Assembly: GCA_019057635.1 (NCBI GenBank)
Contig: DXJL01000018.1
Coordinates: forward strand, 1-16,387
Reading direction: 5' to 3'
From: Candidatus Heimdallarchaeota archaeon
GTDB taxonomy: Archaea; Asgardarchaeota; Heimdallarchaeia; Hodarchaeales; Hodarchaeaceae
DNA length: 16,387 nucleotides
Shown here: positions 1 through 7,940 of the stretch, piece by piece
Layout of the letters: the number at the start of each line of letters is the position of its first letter
Numbering within the stretch: position 1 is the stretch's first letter
The notes under the pieces: model-generated
The model's input: only the letters and a program-made list of their open reading frames with translations
Told to the model about the DNA's origin: nothing
Databases searched by the model: none
Program-made: the position numbers and the translations under genes

Positions 1-2
1 AG

Positions 3-830
3 CATGAAGAAAGTAAATATGTAACTCGTGATGGAATAGATATTTTTTATCAAGTTTGGAGACCGGAAGGAACACCCAAGGGAATTGTACAATTAGTTCA
101 CGGATTAGCCGAACATGCAGGACGATATATGCATGTGGTTAACAAACTTGTCCCAGAAGGGTACCTCATCTATGGCGATGATCATCGAGGCCATGGGAAG
201 TCAGGAGGGCAAAGGGGATTCGTAAAATCAGTAGATGAATTCGTTCATGATCAAAAGGAATTTACTGGAGTAATACGGAAAAAAGAAACAGGAAATATAC
301 CACTATTCTTGCTAGGTCATTCTATGGGATCAATAATTTCAATTATATACGCAGCAGAATATCCTGGCGCGTTTAAAGGGCTTATACTATCTGGGACTGG
401 AAGCGCGGTAGGAGAAGGGGTAAATTGGTTTACAATACTATTAGCGAGAACTATGTCAAAAATATTACCAAAATTTAAGGTGAAAAATGAATTATCGGAT
501 GGAGTGTCACGAGATCCCGCTGTAAAAGAAGCCTATAATAATGATCCATATGTATTAAATGAAATAACTGCTAGATTAGGAAATGAAATATTTAAAGGAT
601 TGAAAACTATAGAAAGTAGAATTCAAGAAATAAAAATGCCCATTTTAGCTCAGAAAGGTGGAAAAGATCCATTGATTATAAAAACAGAGAAATTATTTGA
701 AAATGTAACTGCTGAGGATTCCACCTTAAAAATCTATAAGGGGTTATTTCACGAAGTGTATAATGAATTAGAAGAGGATCGTGAAGTCGTTCTGACGGAT
801 CTATGCCAGTGGTTAAATAACCATCTCTAA
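3..830 (+). CDS. Alpha/beta hydrolase, lysophospholipase / monoacylglycerol lipase-like (Hydrolase_4 type), 5'-truncated by the window edge
   Basis: The frame of ORF 129..830 is open back to base 3 (HEESKYVTRDGIDIFYQVWRPEGTPKGIVQLVHGLAEHAGRY), which adds the family HGxxEH motif. Also DHRGHGKS, nucleophile elbow GHSMG, candidate catalytic Asp (KDPL) and His (FHE). The true start lies upstream of the window, not at 129. Confidence 0.93.
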   Translation, partial: HEESKYVTRDGIDIFYQVWRPEGTPKGIVQLVHGLAEHAGRYMHVVNKLVPEGYLIYGDDHRGHGKSGGQRGFVKSVDEFVHDQKEFTGVIRKKETGNIPLFLLGHSMGSIISIIYAAEYPGAFKGLILSGTGSAVGEGVNWFTILLARTMSKILPKFKVKNELSDGVSRDPAVKEAYNNDPYVLNEITARLGNEIFKGLKTIESRIQEIKMPILAQKGGKDPLIIKTEKLFENVTAEDSTLKIYKGLFHEVYNELEEDREVVLTDLCQWLNNHL

Positions 831-1215
831 TTTTATTACTCCTTGAGTGAAATGTGTTCTTTTAATTCATATATTCTCACAGAACATTTAATTCTTAATC
901 TCTTAGCGACTGGATTAGATGGAGTACAGATACAGTAAAACAAGTTTTCTCCTCTTTTCCTTTCAAATCTCATAAGCAGGAGTTATTTAGGAATTTAATT
1001 GTTTTAAGTCGGGTCTAAATACTCTAAAATCCGTGGAAAATCCTTTATCACTTATTACAGATCTAATATGTATAATGGATTTGAAATCAGGAAAAATTAC
1101 ATCAGGTACAGTCAAATAAAGGATGTGAGGAAATAAGGAAGGATATGGTAATTTTTCTTATGCCCCAGTGATTAATTTTATAAATGATAAGGGAGTAAGT
1201 ATAATTGAAAGACAA

Positions 1216-1344
1216 ATGTCAAATGAAGTGAAAGAACCTACATCCGAAGGCGAAATCAAAGATATCATCAAAATCCTTGAGTACCTTAATTATGAGGCTA
1301 CAATTGCCTTAAATGGAGTAGATCCGGCTTTAGTGTTTCAATAG
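1216..1344 (+). other. Small 42-aa ORF or degraded gene remnant
   Basis: Manual translation MSNEVKEPTSEGEIKDIIKILEYLNYEATIALNGVDPALVFQ*. The frame is open from 1129 and composition is protein-like, but no family is recognised. Confidence 0.3.
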
Positions 1345-1398
1345 CAGTTGAAATTCTAATATCAATAAAGCAAAAAACAATTTTCGAATTTTTGAAGT

Positions 1399-2646
1399 CT
1401 AAGCTTCCACACTATGAACGCTCTTTCTCGGATATGCATCTGAATCTTTCATTAGGAGACTTATAATAGCCGCTATTCCAAAAACGAATGCAAAGAGAAT
1501 CATATCTGGCATTATTAAGAGTATAATCCCTCCTAACTGGCCAAACATCATTAGGATACCATTCGAAATTTCTTCTGATATAGGATAAGTTATTTCTGCT
1601 CCATAGGTTAGCCCAACTGGTAATGCTGGTACTAATATGAATCCAAAAGCAAAAGCTAGTATTAATGTCAGAATAAAAATGTCAGAAAATTCTAGTAACA
1701 GTGATAAGGGGACACTAATGATTAAAGCTAGATTTAAGAAGATTTTTCGTTTTCCCAATTTATCCGATAACGAAGAAAGAAGAAAAGCACCAAAAATACC
1801 TCCTATTAACACTAAGCCACCAATGATTCCTGAATCAGGTGAAAATCGAATGAAAATGTCATCGATAGCACTCAATAATGCATTAAAAATACCCAATCCA
1901 CAAAAAAGCAATACTAAAAGGAGATTGAAATCACGATTTTTAAATAGTTCTTTAAACGGTTTTGATTGTACTGTTTCATCCCGAATATACTCATTGGGGG
2001 GTTTCCGGGGTTTATCCTTAACAAGTAGTAAATATAACAACATAGAAATCAAGGAAAATATCCCATAAACAAGTAACACAAATTCAATGCCATATAGCGA
2101 ATAGAGGGGATATGTGACAAACATAGCTATGATAATTCCTATGAAAAGTGCCATCGTTCCAAGACCAGTGGCTGTGACCTTTTCCTCCTGAGGAAACCAA
2201 TTGACGGCAAGTTTTGTGAATGAGTTTAAAACAAAAGGTTGCCCAACTGCTACCATCACTTGGCAAAGCATTAGTAGTATGAAATTAGACCCCGTAAAAG
2301 CTCGTAGAAAGCCAAAAACGCCAGTTAAAATAACTCCTATTCCAGTTCCCCATTTCAATCCATTTTTTTCTATTAACCAACTAGCTGGAAAGTTTACGGG
2401 GATATATATAATCATAAAACTAGCTGCTAATAGTAAAATGGTGTCACTGTTAACATTATAGTAACTAGCAACTTCATTCATTATAGGTGCGAATGTAATC
2501 CATATAATCTGGGTCATTGCTCCTACAAACATAAAAAGGATTAAAACAACCCATCTATAAGAATAAATTTCATATTTACTGTTTTCATTTTGTGTCAAAA
2601 TTGCCACTTCCCTTAAAGAGGACGATTTAATCGTTCTGGGTGCCAT
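1399..2646 (-). CDS. MFS transporter, FLVCR/SLC49-like
   Basis: About 12 hydrophobic segments; N-terminal YxYRWVVL, WITFAPI, loop motif LSDKLGKRK and GAEITYPISEEISNG, which resemble the FLVCR/SLC49 family. The real start may be TTG at 2598 (purine-rich GGGAAGTG just upstream; a TATA-like TTATAAG abuts the ATG at 2646). Confidence 0.9.
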   Translation of the reverse strand: MAPRTIKSSSLREVAILTQNENSKYEIYSYRWVVLILFMFVGAMTQIIWITFAPIMNEVASYYNVNSDTILLLAASFMIIYIPVNFPASWLIEKNGLKWGTGIGVILTGVFGFLRAFTGSNFILLMLCQVMVAVGQPFVLNSFTKLAVNWFPQEEKVTATGLGTMALFIGIIIAMFVTYPLYSLYGIEFVLLVYGIFSLISMLLYLLLVKDKPRKPPNEYIRDETVQSKPFKELFKNRDFNLLLVLLFCGLGIFNALLSAIDDIFIRFSPDSGIIGGLVLIGGIFGAFLLSSLSDKLGKRKIFLNLALIISVPLSLLLEFSDIFILTLILAFAFGFILVPALPVGLTYGAEITYPISEEISNGILMMFGQLGGIILLIMPDMILFAFVFGIAAIISLLMKDSDAYPRKSVHSVEA

Positions 2647-2812
2647 ACTTATAAGTAATGATGTAGAATAATATTAATCTTCATTCATCCAAGAGAAAAA
2701 AAGTTCTCGCACATATAGATCGGAGAAGTATATACCAATCCATTGGACGATGCTAGATAAAGTAAAATATAGTACTATCGGTAAAAAGCTGGTTAATTCT
2801 TATTTAAATTGA

Positions 2813-3334
2813 TTAAATTTCTTTTTCCATGAATAACCAAAAGGGTTTCATCTTTTCAAGTATTTCAGATCCATCGTATTCGTCTCTTTCAATAAACCCG
2901 AAAGAACGATACATATGAAGTGCACTTTTCATAAAAGGCGCTGTATTGAGATAAATTCTAGAAAACCCAAATTCCTTTCCTTTTTTCAGTAATTGCTCCA
3001 GCATTCTCTTTCCTAATCCTTTTCCACGAAATTTTTGCCTTATATACATCCGTTTAATTTCTCCAATATCCTTATTCATATTCTGAAGAGCACCCATACC
3101 TGCAACCTCCTCCTCTACATATAAAAGGTAAGAAATTCCCTCTGGAGGTGTAAAAAAGGCAAATTCGTGAACAATAACATCAGCAAATTCACGGTAACTA
3201 GTGTCATTAGTAGGAAGAACTTCAATATTATATTTCGTCTTTATTTCGGTGTAAACCCATGTAAAAAATTCTTCATTTAAATCAACCAGTATCGATCGAT
3301 GACGTTCTAGATCAATAATAACCAAATTTGACAT
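2813..3334 (-). CDS. GNAT family N-acetyltransferase
   Basis: GEIKRMYIRQKFRGKGLGKRML (acetyl-CoA binding motif A), SALHMYRSFGF (motif B); GGTGA Shine-Dalgarno immediately upstream of the ATG. Confidence 0.93.
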   Translation of the reverse strand: MSNLVIIDLERHRSILVDLNEEFFTWVYTEIKTKYNIEVLPTNDTSYREFADVIVHEFAFFTPPEGISYLLYVEEEVAGMGALQNMNKDIGEIKRMYIRQKFRGKGLGKRMLEQLLKKGKEFGFSRIYLNTAPFMKSALHMYRSFGFIERDEYDGSEILEKMKPFWLFMEKEI

Positions 3335-3406
3335 TACTCACCATCTTTTAGATCCATTTCAGAATTAATTCTATGCAAGACGAATAAACTTCTATCTTCT
3401 ACGGGA

Positions 3407-3417
3407 TTTAAATCTTT
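3407..3417 (-). promoter_or_regulatory. Putative archaeal BRE/TATA for the GNAT gene
   Basis: Minus strand reads AAAGATTTAAA, a purine run followed by TTTAAA, about 75 nt upstream of the GNAT start. Confidence 0.4.
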
Positions 3418-3516
3418 AACCTACTGCACAAAATCATATTGTAATACCTCACAGAGCAAACTTGACCGTATTCTAATCGATCGTGCAGTTTGTTCATATT
3501 TAACTGCTATTCCTGA

Positions 3517-6500
3517 TCATTGATTATCTTTCTGACCCTTTTTGATACCAAGCGCTTCTCGTACATATTCCTCTACTCTTTTGTGCTGTTCTTCAGATGA
3601 AAGTTGAGTATCAAGTTTCAGGATTGATTTGATGTTATTTCTAAGTCTTTCGAATTTAACTGACTCTTTCATCGCTATATCATAGAAAAGTTTCATATCC
3701 TCTTGTTGTGCAATTCTTAAGCATTTATCTATCCAATGTTCGACTTGATCAAACTGGAATGATGCAAGGTCAATTCTTGCTCTCAACAGATATACTTGAC
3801 ATAGTTGAGCGTAATATTGGTTGTTTTCACAATCATCTTGCCATTTATTCAGCATTGTAAGCAATTTCTTCTTAGTTATGGGTGAAGGATTGCTCAACCA
3901 GGTTTTAAATTCAGATGTAACGAGAGCCCCCTGACAGATTACTTGAAATTCTACATCTAAATCCTCACTATTTAACGCTGCTTCCCATTCTTTTTCTGCT
4001 GATCCCCAATTTTTCTCTGTTTCAGCAAGAAGGGCTTGAATCATGTGATGAAAAGCAAAAATGGCTGGATTTTTATATGGGGGTTCTGGAAAGCGCTGAA
4101 GGATGTGACTTCCAGGGGATAGAATTTGTGTTTCTTTTTGGAGGAGAACCATTCTAAACGATGTTTCTGCAACCATTCTATCGTTCTCTGAAAGCTCAAA
4201 CACGTCCAGAGCGGCTTCATACTGCTGGATGGAAGTCAAGAATTCACATTGAAGATAAAGTGCATTAGCCTTTTCTATTAACGATTTTGCATCTGTTTCG
4301 GTTTGCACTAATGCAATGTAATCAGTAAAACCTAATTTTTGAATTTTTACTGCAGTAGGATAATCTGGTGCCTTCAATCTCGTGATGAAATTTCTTCTTT
4401 CTGTTTCTTCCCTTAGTTTGACTATAAAAGCTGCAAGGGCTATACTAGCAATAATAATCGTCAATCCTACATGAAAAATACTAAAACTGATTATTGGAAA
4501 ACTCCAAAAATTACGAGGATTTGACCCACCTCTGTATTCGTCTACATTGAGAACCCAATCACCATCTAAGTCGATTTTTGCGTCACTTGGATCCTGTGCA
4601 TTGAGCCCCATTTTAAATTCCCAAATATCAGGCATACCATCGATGTCTCGATCATAAAAAGCGTACATCTTATCAATATGTTGAAAGTTTGGAGCAAAGC
4701 TCATTGGATTTAAGGAACCACTCTCATTATAGTTCTGTATCCAATCACGGAATACAACTAATTTCAAATCTTGATTGAGATATATATAGAGGGAATCATT
4801 TGCGGCTACTTCCTCAATATTATAGTACATTTCTCGACGAACATCAATGTCTTGTTCAATCGCTGCATCTTCGATCAGTGTGTTCAAAGATGGATTTTCA
4901 TATGAAAGTAAGGATGCATAAACACCATATTGTCCATGCAGAAATGGAGCTACAAAATTGTCTGGATCTGCATAATCTGCAGCCCATCCACAATAATTGA
5001 GAGGAATTTCCCGACCCCAAGTGACTTCATTATACTGGTCCTGGTCCATGGGTTGGAGAATTGCCTTTATTCCAACATCGCACATCACTAAGGAATTAGC
5101 TAAGGATAAGTATAAATAGGAAAGTACTTCGTTCGTAACAGGATACACTAAATTGATAGTTCCTCGCCAACCAACTTGCTCAAATAGTGTTCTGGCTGTT
5201 TCTAAGTCGTAAGAAGGAAGAAGATCATTTTCTTTCAGGTTATCATTATGACCAAGAATTCCCTCGGGGATTATCCCTTCCATCTGTTTGCCAATTCCGT
5301 TTAGAATATTATCGATATAAAACGAGTAATCAAAAGCACTAGCCATGGCTTTGCGGAAGATCACCGATGTAAAAGGATTATTTTGACTAGCATTTTCTTC
5401 ACCTTTGGAAAATCGGGACAGGAGACTAGCATCGTACAAAGAATTTTCTGATTCATTCAGAAATATTGAAGGTAAGGATTCCTTCATATTCATACCTAGG
5501 AAGAAAGTGGTTGATGTTGGAGCGGTAAATGTAGTTATTCCTTCATAAAGTGGCTCACCTGTCGGAGTGATGACGTTAAAGGCATCAGGTTTTTCTACAT
5601 ATACCATATCAGAATCTCCATTAATTAAATTTTGATAACGGGTTTCATCATCTAATTCAGATCTAATTTCAATCTCCTCGACAGAGTGCAAACTAAATGA
5701 TCCCCACCAATTTTCATTTTTCTGGAGGAGGATAGAATCCTTAGTTATTGCTTTCAATTTATATGCTCCAGATCCAATCGCGTGTTCCTTCATCCATAAA
5801 TGATAGGAATCGCTCAAACGATGCGATCCAGGGACTACACCAGAATCCTTTGGATTATGGCCAATATTCAGTCCCAATTTGGTGTAATCCGATAGGGTTG
5901 GAAACCACCTATCAAGAGGAAACATACCAAAGACTTTATCCCCATATAACAATGTGTATTCTTTTGGTTTATTTTCTATGATAGCTTTTGGGGAAACAGC
6001 GCTTCCGATATCGAATGCTAGGGAATTAATAAACGGTGAATATGCAGAATCAAGGTTGATCTCTAAGATATAATCATCTATCACAACAATTCCGCCTGCA
6101 TCAAGATAAGCTTGCGCTTCTGTATAATTAGGGTTGAAATATTGCATATAAGTCGACCCTCCTTTGATGACTTGAGCTATCATCCAAGAGGGACCCCATG
6201 GATCGTTCATAAGAATGGCTCTATCAATAGAATATTTCATCACATACGCGTTAAAAACAACACCATCGTGGAATAAAACATTCTTTCGAAGGTTAAAGGT
6301 ATATACTCGTCCATTTGGCGAGACTGTCCATCCCGTGGCTAGTCTGCCTTCAAGCTCGTCTACTGAATTTCCCTTATATCCGACTAAGGTTTCATATATC
6401 AACTCAATAACTGTACTCCCAAGGGTTTCATAGTTGATGCCTGGATCTAAGGAATCAATGCTGTTTGGAATTCCTAATGTTTCCCAAATGAATTTATCGG

Positions 6501-6651
6501 GATTTTTCAATTCCCCATTTGCCTTAGTCGCTTGAATTTCGGGTATGGAGGACTGTGTGCTAATTAAAGTACTCAAAATTAGAATTAGCAGTACAACTAT
6601 AAGAGATAAGCCATTCCGCGCTATTTTAAGTTTCACCTCGAACCGTTCCAT
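3517..6651 (-). CDS. Fusion protein: signal peptide + family-5 ABC solute-binding domain (DppA/OppA-like) + acidic DxDxD repeats + single TM helix + TPR-like C-terminal domain
   Basis: Hydrophobic N-terminus; SBP family-5 motifs SLDPG, IYETLV, LATGWTVSPNGRVYTFNLRKNVLFHDG, IGSGAYKL, FRKAMASAFDY, GWAADYADPDNF; DRDIDGMPDIWE...DLDGDWVLNVDEY at ~4520-4653; TM FSIFHVGLTIIIASIALAAFIV at ~4420-4490 followed by KLREETERR; helical-repeat-like tail at 3517-4419. Confidence 0.9.
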   Translation of the reverse strand: MERFEVKLKIARNGLSLIVVLLILILSTLISTQSSIPEIQATKANGELKNPDKFIWETLGIPNSIDSLDPGINYETLGSTVIELIYETLVGYKGNSVDELEGRLATGWTVSPNGRVYTFNLRKNVLFHDGVVFNAYVMKYSIDRAILMNDPWGPSWMIAQVIKGGSTYMQYFNPNYTEAQAYLDAGGIVVIDDYILEINLDSAYSPFINSLAFDIGSAVSPKAIIENKPKEYTLLYGDKVFGMFPLDRWFPTLSDYTKLGLNIGHNPKDSGVVPGSHRLSDSYHLWMKEHAIGSGAYKLKAITKDSILLQKNENWWGSFSLHSVEEIEIRSELDDETRYQNLINGDSDMVYVEKPDAFNVITPTGEPLYEGITTFTAPTSTTFFLGMNMKESLPSIFLNESENSLYDASLLSRFSKGEENASQNNPFTSVIFRKAMASAFDYSFYIDNILNGIGKQMEGIIPEGILGHNDNLKENDLLPSYDLETARTLFEQVGWRGTINLVYPVTNEVLSYLYLSLANSLVMCDVGIKAILQPMDQDQYNEVTWGREIPLNYCGWAADYADPDNFVAPFLHGQYGVYASLLSYENPSLNTLIEDAAIEQDIDVRREMYYNIEEVAANDSLYIYLNQDLKLVVFRDWIQNYNESGSLNPMSFAPNFQHIDKMYAFYDRDIDGMPDIWEFKMGLNAQDPSDAKIDLDGDWVLNVDEYRGGSNPRNFWSFPIISFSIFHVGLTIIIASIALAAFIVKLREETERRNFITRLKAPDYPTAVKIQKLGFTDYIALVQTETDAKSLIEKANALYLQCEFLTSIQQYEAALDVFELSENDRMVAETSFRMVLLQKETQILSPGSHILQRFPEPPYKNPAIFAFHHMIQALLAETEKNWGSAEKEWEAALNSEDLDVEFQVICQGALVTSEFKTWLSNPSPITKKKLLTMLNKWQDDCENNQYYAQLCQVYLLRARIDLASFQFDQVEHWIDKCLRIAQQEDMKLFYDIAMKESVKFERLRNNIKSILKLDTQLSSEEQHKRVEEYVREALGIKKGQKDNQ

Positions 6652-6670
6652 TTTTTTTAATTCAGTTCTT

Positions 6671-6680
6671 ATTATAAAAA
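6671..6680 (-). promoter_or_regulatory. Putative TATA box for the SBP fusion gene (possibly leaderless transcript)
   Basis: Minus strand TTTTTATAAT lies 20-29 nt upstream of the ATG at 6651, roughly the archaeal TATA-to-start-site distance. Confidence 0.35.
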
Positions 6681-6949
6681 TTCGGGTTAAATAGTTAATT
6701 TTCGCGGCAATCGGTAGGTGAAAAGAAGAGGAGAGTGAATATTATCAATATTGCTTATCCAATTTTCGATTTAGAATGAACCATAGATAATAGTGTAAAT
6801 GAAAGAATTCTAAATCATGATATAAATCAAAAATAAAAGAAATTCATTCGCTCAACAGCCTGTTTTTCTTAATTTAGGCAAGCAAAGCGTAGGATACCTA
6901 TTAGAAAAATGATCAATTTTCAATATCTCTCTCTCCAAACGAGGTAATC

Positions 6950-7852
6950 GTGATGAGTCTTCGTCCCCCCGACAATACACTAGGCTCCTGGTCTTTTCCG
7001 CGTCGAATGTTTTACCAATTGGCCAAATTAGTCGTACCCAGATTTTTACGTTTCTATTTCCGATTTGAAGCCAAAAAACTTGAACACTTAGATCAATTTC
7101 CTGAGGGAACACCTGTAATTTACTGTTTCAATCATCGATCACATTTGGATACGTTTATTTTCGCTAGTGCGTTAGTTTATCCTTTTGGTAACAGGACCGC
7201 CTGTGGTTTAATGACTAATGGAAATGTGATGGAACAAAATAAATTCTTTTACCTGCTCAAGTATTTGGGGGCATATCCCGTTTATCCCCAGAACCCTGCT
7301 CCTGCTCTCGATTATACTCTGAAGCTCCTGAATGAAAATTTAGCAGTTCTTGTCGCTCCTCAAGGGAAACGAATACCGAGTACTCCCTTAGATGATTATC
7401 ATAACATAGATAACCAAGTCAAATCAGGAGTGGGAAGGATAATATTGCGATTTAATGGAAAAATTCCTGTAATACCAATGTATATTCATGGTTCTCACGA
7501 GGCGCTTTCTTTTGGAAAAATTCTCCCAAAAATAAAGTCATTTATTTCCATTTCCATCTGTAAACCTCTTATTTTTACTGAATATACACGAGAACAAGGA
7601 TGGAACGAATCGGACCCGAAGTTTCATTCTAATGCACATACAATAAGTCAAGCGATTATGGCTTCCATCCGAAATCAGATGTTAAGTGAGGAAAAGTACT
7701 TCTTCCAAATTCTTGCACGAAAGGCAACAGTTCCAGTCGAACAATTACAACTTTCCCATCGAAAACATCCCAAAGCATATCGATTTTTTCGGAACCTATT
7801 ACAATATTCTCCTGCTGAATTAAAAAATTATTTAGATTCTAATCCCTTATAA
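6950..7852 (+). CDS. 1-acyl-sn-glycerol-3-phosphate / lysophospholipid acyltransferase (PlsC-like LPLAT)
   Basis: Catalytic NHRSHLD (HxxxxD), block II LGAYPV, block III variant APQGKR, block IV-like KSGVGRI...IPVIPMYIHG; GAGGT SD at 6941-6945 before GTG 6950 / ATG 6953. Confidence 0.9.
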   Translation: MMSLRPPDNTLGSWSFPRRMFYQLAKLVVPRFLRFYFRFEAKKLEHLDQFPEGTPVIYCFNHRSHLDTFIFASALVYPFGNRTACGLMTNGNVMEQNKFFYLLKYLGAYPVYPQNPAPALDYTLKLLNENLAVLVAPQGKRIPSTPLDDYHNIDNQVKSGVGRIILRFNGKIPVIPMYIHGSHEALSFGKILPKIKSFISISICKPLIFTEYTREQGWNESDPKFHSNAHTISQAIMASIRNQMLSEEKYFFQILARKATVPVEQLQLSHRKHPKAYRFFRNLLQYSPAELKNYLDSNPL

Positions 7853-7905
7853 TGAACTATAGTTTTCGCATTGGCTATTTCTACAAATTGACATAAAAAA
7901 TAATT

Positions 7906-7915
7906 AAAAAAAAAA
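7906..7915 (-). terminator. Oligo-T archaeal terminator candidate
   Basis: T10 on the minus strand about 25 nt after the oxidoreductase stop, in a convergent intergenic region. Confidence 0.5.
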
Positions 7916-7940
7916 GTGATTAAGAGTTAAAAATTATAGA

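Noticed and set aside
1637-2461. ORFs 1637..2068 (+), 2201..2461 (+) and 2084..2266 (-)
   Set aside because: Antisense or alternate-frame shadows fully inside the well-supported MFS gene; no motifs.
4800-6433. Short plus-strand ORFs 4800..5000, 5748..5981, 6215..6433
   Set aside because: Antisense to the SBP fusion gene; short and without recognisable features.
6738-6752. AATATT-ATC-AATATT symmetric element between divergent genes
   Set aside because: Arms are purely A/T and short; expected by chance in AT-rich intergenic DNA.
6852-7112. 86-aa minus-strand ORF
   Set aside because: Largely antisense to the acyltransferase 5' end; no motif support.
7097-7114. FPEGTP upstream of the HxxxxD motif, suggesting circular permutation of acyltransferase blocks
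   Set aside because: It occupies the usual loop before the first strand, and a positional block III (APQGKR) is present downstream; likely coincidence.
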